Assembly (NCBI GenBank): GCA_964016885.1
Contig: OZ024744.1
Location: 87,916,001-87,980,000 of the forward strand
Reading direction: 5' to 3'
From: Eledone cirrhosa
Taxonomy: Eukaryota
DNA: 64,000 nt
Every line of letters begins with the position of its first letter. Positions within the stretch are counted from its first letter, which is position 1. Of this stretch, positions 55,940 to 64,000 are shown one piece after another. The notes below the pieces were generated by a model. That model searched no databases, was not told the origin of the DNA, and worked only from the letters and a program-made list of their open reading frames with translations. A program made the translations under genes and the position numbers.

Positions 55940-56285
55940 CTGGAGTTGTTAAAACAATATTCCAAATCAAAACTACAATCTACAAGTTTTTCCCTTCAAA
56001 ATTATCCCCCTCGGGTCTAATTCACTTCCCTATCTTACCAATGCACTCTTGGAATGATTCTTCCACGATACTCCTCAACTCCGGCGTCACGGGCTGTTTG
56101 AGATCTTCCTCGTCCGGCAAACTGGTCGTTCCCGAAGATACACGACTTGTCACCGGTGATGACTCTCCCCTGCAATTCTGCTTTGTTTTCAATACGCCTG
56201 AGGATTCCCTGATACATCTGCATGCACCGCTCCTTCTAGGTATCGTCCAACAGCTTCGGCACTGTCTTCGCCCAGATCTTCTGCA
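55940..56285 (-). mobile_element. internally deleted mariner transposase remnant
   Basis: VITGDKSCIFGND (ITGDE.W...YD motif) fused to a C-terminal ...EGDNFEG segment. Confidence 0.7.
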
Positions 56286-56859
56286 TGTGTCTCTCTCTCC
56301 TTTGTTCTGTCCGTCACCATCTTGTTTTTATAAACAAGATTTGTAAGACAGAACAAAGGAGCGACAAAAATTCACAAACTAGTCACTGAGGAAGTCACCG
56401 ATGCGTGATGAAATATTATTTTCTTTATTAGCTACAATCTATCTATATAATAATAAAATGCTATGATTGCTTGCTTGTCTGTAATGTAATACAGCCAAAA
56501 GGGAGCATAATGGGAAAATTCTTTGAAAGGAAGTTGACCCTGAAATGGGAATACAAATGGAATAAAACACGTTTCGCATGAAACAAAGCATGGGTTTCCG
56601 AGATATGGGTTTTTTCCAGGTACCTTCATAAACAGAGAGAGAGAGAAGGATAGAGAGAAAGAGATAGTCGTTGTGAGAGAGTAGATTGAAAGAGGGACAT
56701 AGAGAGAGGGAGAGAAGACAGAGAAAGTGAATGAAAGAGAGAGAGAAAGAGAGAGAGAGAGCTGGTGGTGTTTTTCTGTATATATATACATATATATATG
56801 TGTGTGTGTGTCTATGACCAGTGTATATAAATCACAGACACCCACATATATATACACAT

Positions 56860-56900
<41 letters not shown>

Positions 56901-58354
56901 CACATTTATATATATATACATACACTTACGTATATATATATATGGGCCTTCCAGTTTCATTTCACATCATATACATGTCTGAGTATATTTTAATCATTCA
57001 AAAATGTTTTAAGTGAACATGATTTAAAAAAAATATTTTGAAGTAAACGTTGTCCCTGGTGGTCTACTATTATATAAAAACGAAGTAAGGATAGTCTACA
57101 GATGCATTAAACTGCTTTAAAAACGTTTTTTAAAATGGCGATATAATTTTAAAAGAAAACAATAAAGATTTACGTTCTGATGATTCATGCCAGATGAGGA
57201 ACATAGAGATTGAACAAAGATGAAGGACATACAATACGTCGTATTGTGCTAATTGGGTTGAGTCACCAAGAAAATGGAGCTAGTTTTTAATTAAGATATC
57301 ACATTCTTTCGCATCCCTTTTTATCCAGGCATGCTAACCCTACTGGTTGAATGTAAAAACATATATTGTTGCTGATGCATCTGTTGTTGTTTTTTATTGT
57401 TGTTTTTTTTGTTGGTTTTTTTTTGTATTGCTATTTTTATTGTTGCTGCTGTTGTTGTTGTTTCTGTTGATGATGAGGTTATTGTTGTCGTCGTTGCAGT
57501 TGTTGTTGTTGTTATTATTGTTTAGGTCAGATCAGCACAACTGACTTTTCTTATCTTGAACATGTTCACATTGATTTTAGGAGTAACATATTTAAGAATT
57601 CATTATTCGAAGTCTATTTTACTTTTTTTAAAAGATTTATGATGTGATTTGGCTGGTTCAGCGGCCGCATAAACGTGTCCCCATTGAGGTATATAGTTTT
57701 CGTAGGCATAGCTATGTCGTTACTAAGTTCGCTTCGCAACAATGATATATTCGTATGTGTAAGAAGGCATGTCGCTTGATAAACGTCATATTAAAATACA
57801 AAGGAAAATTCGTAAGCTTATTGTATCCCATTAGAGCGCATTGTCGATCTTTCAGTGGTCCTGTACTGGAGTTAGGGGTGTTTTTTCTCGCGATTTTGAC
57901 ATCAGGATTATTTTAGATCAATACACTATATGTAAGCATTGCATAAACTTCATGTCCGTATAACGTTAATGTTCATAACGTTTTCCTTTTATCATTTCAT
58001 CACAACAAATGGTGGTTATTGAATAGATAGCTTTTGAAACAACTGAACATTCTTCCAATTTTGCTTTAATTTCTCCCGTTTTCTTCAAAAACATTTGCCT
58101 TCTCTTCTCGTAAAGAAGGCGGCACTTGTTACAGATAATTTTGTCGAGTTAGCAAAACTTTGGCAAGCATCAGTATTTGATAGTGATAACTGTCACCGAA
58201 TTCACGGTTAAGATGCTGGGATTGGACAAGTCCTTCGGGTGGAAAGGAACTGACACAAGGTTACGAGAATGACGAGCAGAGTAAGCCAGAAATATGGTGA
58301 AAAGAAGTTATGAAGTGCATATCATATCCGTTGTTTATTATCACCCAAGAGTGG

Positions 58355-58555
58355 TGGATTGGCAGAGCCGGACACCATGCTTTCCAGCATAGTGTTACGG
58401 CCCTTTACGGTCTGAGTTCAAATCCCGCCGAGGGTAATTTTACCTTTCATCCTTACGGGGTCGATAAAATAAAGTACCATTAACATTCTGGGGTCGATTA
58501 AATCTACTTTCCCCTCCCCCCAAATTACTGGCCTTGTGCCTATAGTAGAAATCAT
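58355..58555 (+). mobile_element. SINE copy (long 3' variant)
   Basis: Matches the 1331 SINE plus the GGGGTCGATT...CCCC segment. Confidence 0.85.
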
Positions 58556-59589
58556 TATATATTATCACCTAATCGTATCTCCTCATTTTAGTTATTGAAG
58601 GAACTACAATCCTAGCACAGGCGGAAAACAAACTTGGGTGTGTGGTATTTGGAATAGTATCCGTACGAAACAGATAATGCATATGGCGGAACTTCCAGAA
58701 TAACATTCTAAAGGTTGGCTCTGTCGAGGTAGAATGATGATGATATTAGGGAGTCCGTAACGCCTAATAAAGAACGGCTGTATAGTTTATCTCGAAGGAG
58801 TTTCATCTAAAATTCGTTAGTTTTGCAGTGATCCCGAGAGTGATTACCTGTTCGTGATAATCTCAACCGGCACGTATACCTGGCTTATTCGAGAGAAACA
58901 GAGGGTAACCTAATCTCTTTTCATACACAGCATTCAATGTCTGAAAATTGTGGACATATGAAAATATGTCGAACGACAATGTATGTAGGAATGATGCCCT
59001 TTTTTCGCAAGGAGCGGCAGACAATTTCATTCTGTCTATGGCGAAATAGGTTGTATAGTAGTTTCGTTAGATAGGTTTGAGAATGTCTGTAGCTCTGCGA
59101 CCAAACCGCATGAACTTCAGTTTCCACTTGACTCAGAGGGTAGTGGAAAAGTGAGGAAGTATGAGAGAAAGCGGCAAAAAGAGACAGAGATAGACGAACA
59201 TATTTCCTTCTTGTAAATCTATGGCTGTGGCTCGCAATAGGAAGAGAGTGATTACCTGAAGTGCAAGGTAATCCAGGCCGTGGGGTTTCCTAATCCTTTA
59301 TACTCATTTTTTTTATTTTTTATTTTGTGGGAGTGATGATATTGTTTGTTATGTACTTTTATATAGTTTCATGTAGTATCCACTTTTGGCATCTCGACCG
59401 TTGGTTTTTTTTTTGTTGTGTTTTTTTTTTTTGTGTGTTTGGTTTTTATTTGGCATATGCCTCCTCCTATATTCTTATCTATAATCATTTCCTCTAACAA
59501 AATCAATAGAGAACAGGGTAAAATACATTTTTGTGTTTAGTTATTTCCTTTTACGGCTCTTTACTTTGCCTTCATTGGAGTACAATGCT

Positions 59590-60138
59590 TGCAGATGTCG
59601 ACTTTACCTTTTATTCCAAGGTTGCCAATTTAAGTACCTCTAGACTTTATTGAACCAGCAGTGCTTCACCACAAATATGTGACATTAGGCCTTAACTTGG
59701 AAATCATTATTATTGTTACTTTGGCAAAATATGGCAGAGCGTCGGACAAGATGCTTTGTGGCGTAGAGTTGCGGCCATTTACTCTCTGAGTTCGAATCTC
59801 GCCGACATTAGCCTTTATCATTTATCCTTGCGTGGTGGTTAAAATAAAGTACCAGTAACAAACAGGGGTCGATTTAATCGACTTTTCCTTTCCCCAAAAA
59901 TTGTTGGCCTTGTGCCTAAATCAGAAACCATTATTGTTATTATCATAGGACGGTAGATTGGCAGTTTCGGTATAAGGTCGGACGCCATGCTTTGACGTAT
60001 AGAGTTACGGCCCTTGCCATTCTGAGTTCAAGTCCCGCAGAGGTCAACTTTGCCTTTCATCCTTACGGGGTCGATAAAATAAAGTACCAGTAATGCACTG
60101 GGGTAATTGCTGGCCTTGCGCCAAAAGTAGAAACAATT
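59590..60138 (+). mobile_element. three adjacent SINE copies of decreasing divergence
   Basis: Copies at ~59590-59705, 59730-59930 and 59955-60138. Confidence 0.75.
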
Positions 60139-60159
60139 ATTGTTATTATCATCATCATC

Positions 60160-60425
<266 letters not shown>

Positions 60426-61099
60426 ATGTATATGTTATTCTGAAAAATAGATTTAGGAAACAAAAGGCTTAGCAGAAGTGTATGTAACAGCATGCGTGCA
60501 CCTACGCCATTATCTTGTCGACTCTGTGAAACGTTGTATTGATAAAAACCGTTGGATTACGGAATCCTTAAGTAAAAATTGATAAATAGTGGCAGCCTTT
60601 TCCTGTGGAAATGTTATTAACTGGAGAAGGGTTATTAGCAAGAGTTAAAACCGGATATCTGTTTAAGAAAAACAGTCAAAGAAGCAGGGGCACGTTGATT
60701 TTTTCTACTGATTGGTCTTTCAGTTTCGGCTGATCTTGATACATGCTGACATGTAGAACGAAACAATAATTGAACTACGAAACCAAAAAGGCCAATGGCA
60801 GACAGGACACGGTGTAACTATATGTCAGTCGAAGATAAAAGGTTCAGACGCACGGCTCTCACGTTCTGTGGCCAATTTGCAGGGAATACGCCACTTTTGA
60901 TACGTTAATTGCCCAGGCAACGAAGTCACAGAGCATCTCAAAAGCTGTGGTGTCCGTGATGTCTAGAAATTCGCTCGAATAATGACAAAAATTACAGCAA
61001 AATATCGCCTTCACCATCTCGATTAAACGGTAAGATCAAGTTAAATGAACACGAATTGGAAGCCACTTGAAATCGTTCGTTATTTTTGTTTTTATTTCT

Positions 61100-61304
<205 letters not shown>

Positions 61305-61706
61305 CACTCTCTCTCTCTCGCTTTCTCTCCGTCTCCCTCATCTTATATTTTGCAAGATATGCATTTTCCCTGCTTTTATTCCTCTCTTATCTATCAAGTC
61401 AAACTATATCATTGCTATATCATTGCTCTCTTTCTACCCTCCCTGTTGACGTTATCAACTCACAATTATCCTTATTTTGATAACTACCAACTTTCCTCTG
61501 TCCATCAATTCTATACTGCTGTAGTAATTCTTTTCTGTTCATATTATTGTTGCTGTTGTTGTTGTTATTATTATTATTATTGTTTTTGTTGTTGTTGTTA
61601 CTGTTATTATTGTTGTTGTTTTGTTGTTAGTAGTAGTGATAGTAGCAGCAGCAGCAGCAGCAGCAGTAGCAGTAGTAGTAGTAGTAGTAGTAGTAGTAGC
61701 AGTAGC

Positions 61707-61749
<43 letters not shown>

Positions 61750-61750
61750 C

Positions 61751-61817
<67 letters not shown>

Positions 61818-62636
61818 GGTGGTGGTGGTGGTGGTAGTAGTAGTAGTAGCAGTAGTAGTAGTAGTAGTAGCAGTAGTAGTAGTAGTAGTAGTAGTAGTAG
61901 CAGTAGTACTAGTAGTAGTAGTAGTAGTAGAATGTCGTTTTTGTAGTAACTGTGTTGTCGCTGATGTTTTTTCTTTGGGTGTGGGGGAGGTGTTTTTGTT
62001 TTTGTGTTTTCTTTTTTTTTGAAAATGTTTCTTATCAAAAGGTTACTTATTTGTCTGCCGATTATATTCCTGAGCTGTGAGATCCCCTGTGATATAAACG
62101 TCACTGTAATGACCCTTGTCGTGACGTTCAGGTGAATTTTTCCTGTCGCTGTCAGCTAGCACTGTTTCACCGCGTGCTGATTATCATGAGATCGGTGTGA
62201 GACGAAAATGTCTACTGCTTATGGAGAGAAAAAGGATGGGGGTAAATTACCGGTTTCATTTCTGTGTTTAATGTTTATCCATTCTTCATGTTTTGTTTTG
62301 TTTTGGCTTTTTTTTTTTGTTTGTCTGTTTGCTTTTGTTTTTTTTGTTTTTTTTTGTTTTAAAATATTTCTGTCTTTTAATGGTTTCATGTTTTCAAGTT
62401 TTGTTTTAGCAAACTGTCGTTCTCTTCATTTCTTCTGTTAGAAAATTACCAACTCATCTCCCTGTAAGATTTCTTATGGCTTGCTTGATTTGACTTGGTT
62501 TTATAACTCTGAATCTAAATGCCAGTTCTATTTTTGTTGAACACCGTTTCTCTCCTTATTCTCCCCCTCTTCGCCCTCTCTCTCGCTCTCTCGATTTATA
62601 CCCCTTTTCGTATGTATGTGTGTGTGTGTGTGTGTA

Positions 62637-62670
<34 letters not shown>

Positions 62671-62974
62671 TGTGCGTGCGTGTAGATAATTCATTATACG
62701 TGTTTACATCTATAAAATGATAGCACTCAATGTATGCTGTAGGTGGAATATATACGAAATTAAACAACCCGTTATTGAAAGCATAGATTTGACTTTTCAC
62801 CTCATGATAAACAATCCTCCGACGATAATCTGAATCCATCTTAAAATTATTTAGAACACATATCACGTATGTGTCCCATATATTTGCACAAGAGGTTCCG
62901 TTCATGAAAGCTCGATATAGAAAGTTGCCCTATATGTCTATCTACCAAGGGAATTCAGTCTAACCATATAAATA

Positions 62975-63155
62975 ATTGTTTCTACTTTTGGCTCAAGGTC
63001 AGCAATTACCCCCAGTACATTACTGGTACTTTATTTTATCGACCCCGTAAGGATGAAAGGCAAAGTTAACCTCGGTGGGATTTGAACTCAGAACGTAAAG
63101 GATCATAACTCTATGCTGAAAAGCATGTTGTCTGACGCTCTACCGATACTACCAT
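62975..63155 (-). mobile_element. tRNA-derived SINE copy
   Basis: Reverse complement of the 1331 SINE. Confidence 0.88.
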
Positions 63156-63379
63156 TCCTAACCCGGTAAATAATACATTTTAAACATGTATTTCGTATTG
63201 TGACATATCATTTCTTCGATTATCTAATGAATTATCGATCATTCTTATGAAAACTGCATTCATCAATTCTTGAGGTAAACTCACCCGGGAGTGATCTCTG
63301 TACCAATGCTATCTGTGCCAAGTACTATATACACACACACCCACATGCACACACACATGCAAACACACACACATACACA

Positions 63380-63448
<69 letters not shown>

Positions 63449-63653
63449 CCAGGGAGTGTAACTTGGAGTTACTGTAGGTTCACCCGGGTGAGGACTCGAT
63501 GTTTAGGTTCACTTCAGTATCGAGGTGTAGAGCTAGGCAGTCTGTATTATAGTGAAAAGATAACAAGGACGATTGGTTACTCCTTCATTACATTTATTGG
63601 TTGGTAACCCGCGTTTCGCCACTGATCAGCTCAAGGTTCGATCTGCTATCTTT

Positions 63654-63695
<42 letters not shown>

Positions 63696-63698
<3 letters not shown>

Positions 63699-63800
63699 GT
63701 TTCTACTTTTGGCACAAGGCCACCAATTATCCCAGTGTATTACTGGTACTTTATTTTATTGACCCCGTAAGGATGAAAGGCAAAGTTAACCTCGGCGGGG
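63696..63800 (-). mobile_element. truncated SINE copy
   Basis: 3' half of the 1331 SINE. Confidence 0.85.
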
Positions 63801-64000
63801 GTTACGTTCGTAGAGCATCCACGAAGAGTGAAATATGACGAAAATGGGACGTGGTCCATAAAAATGCCTATAAACATTAAAATGCCTATAAACGTAAAAT
63901 ATAGACCGGCAAATTCGGTATAGTGTTATTAATAATTTATCTTTTAAAAGCCAGGAAAAATATATATTGCCATGAAAAAAGCCATTAAATAATCGTGGAA

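Noticed and set aside
57172-57215. CTGATGA-TTCAT gccag ATGAG-GAAC hammerhead-like motif
   Set aside because: GAAA box altered and stem III and stem I unconvincing

Overview
Eukaryotic, AT-rich, microsatellite-dense, transposon-dominated DNA with no supportable host protein-coding gene, so intronic or intergenic. The SINE and repeat repertoire resembles octopod cephalopod genomes, which is an inference. Contents: about 22 copies of a tRNA-derived SINE with a Meta-like central domain; a nest of non-LTR retrotransposons in (TAA)n arrays at 16.1-27.1 kb (three R4/Dong-like RLE-LINE pieces on +, a near full-length but frameshifted Tx1-clade LINE and two Tx1 3' stubs on -); several RTE-type and one Hero-like LINE fossil; two Penelope-like GIY-YIG remnants; mariner/Tc1 fossils; a hAT MITE with an 8-bp TSD; and a Helitron carrying a 37-bp minisatellite. 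The most striking signal invisible to the ORF track is a dense, diverse set of about 15 minimal type I hammerhead ribozyme motifs. They have palindromic stem III, variant cores (U3-A8, C4, U10.1-U11.1) and sometimes 60-115 nt stem II insertions, and often sit in long fold-back palindromes next to (TA)n, as expected for Penelope-like or retrozyme-like elements. A 262-bp tandem and inverted repeat carrying an internal tRNA-like cloverleaf is also notable. Nearly all long ORFs outside the transposons are simple-repeat artefacts. All alignments and folds were done by eye.
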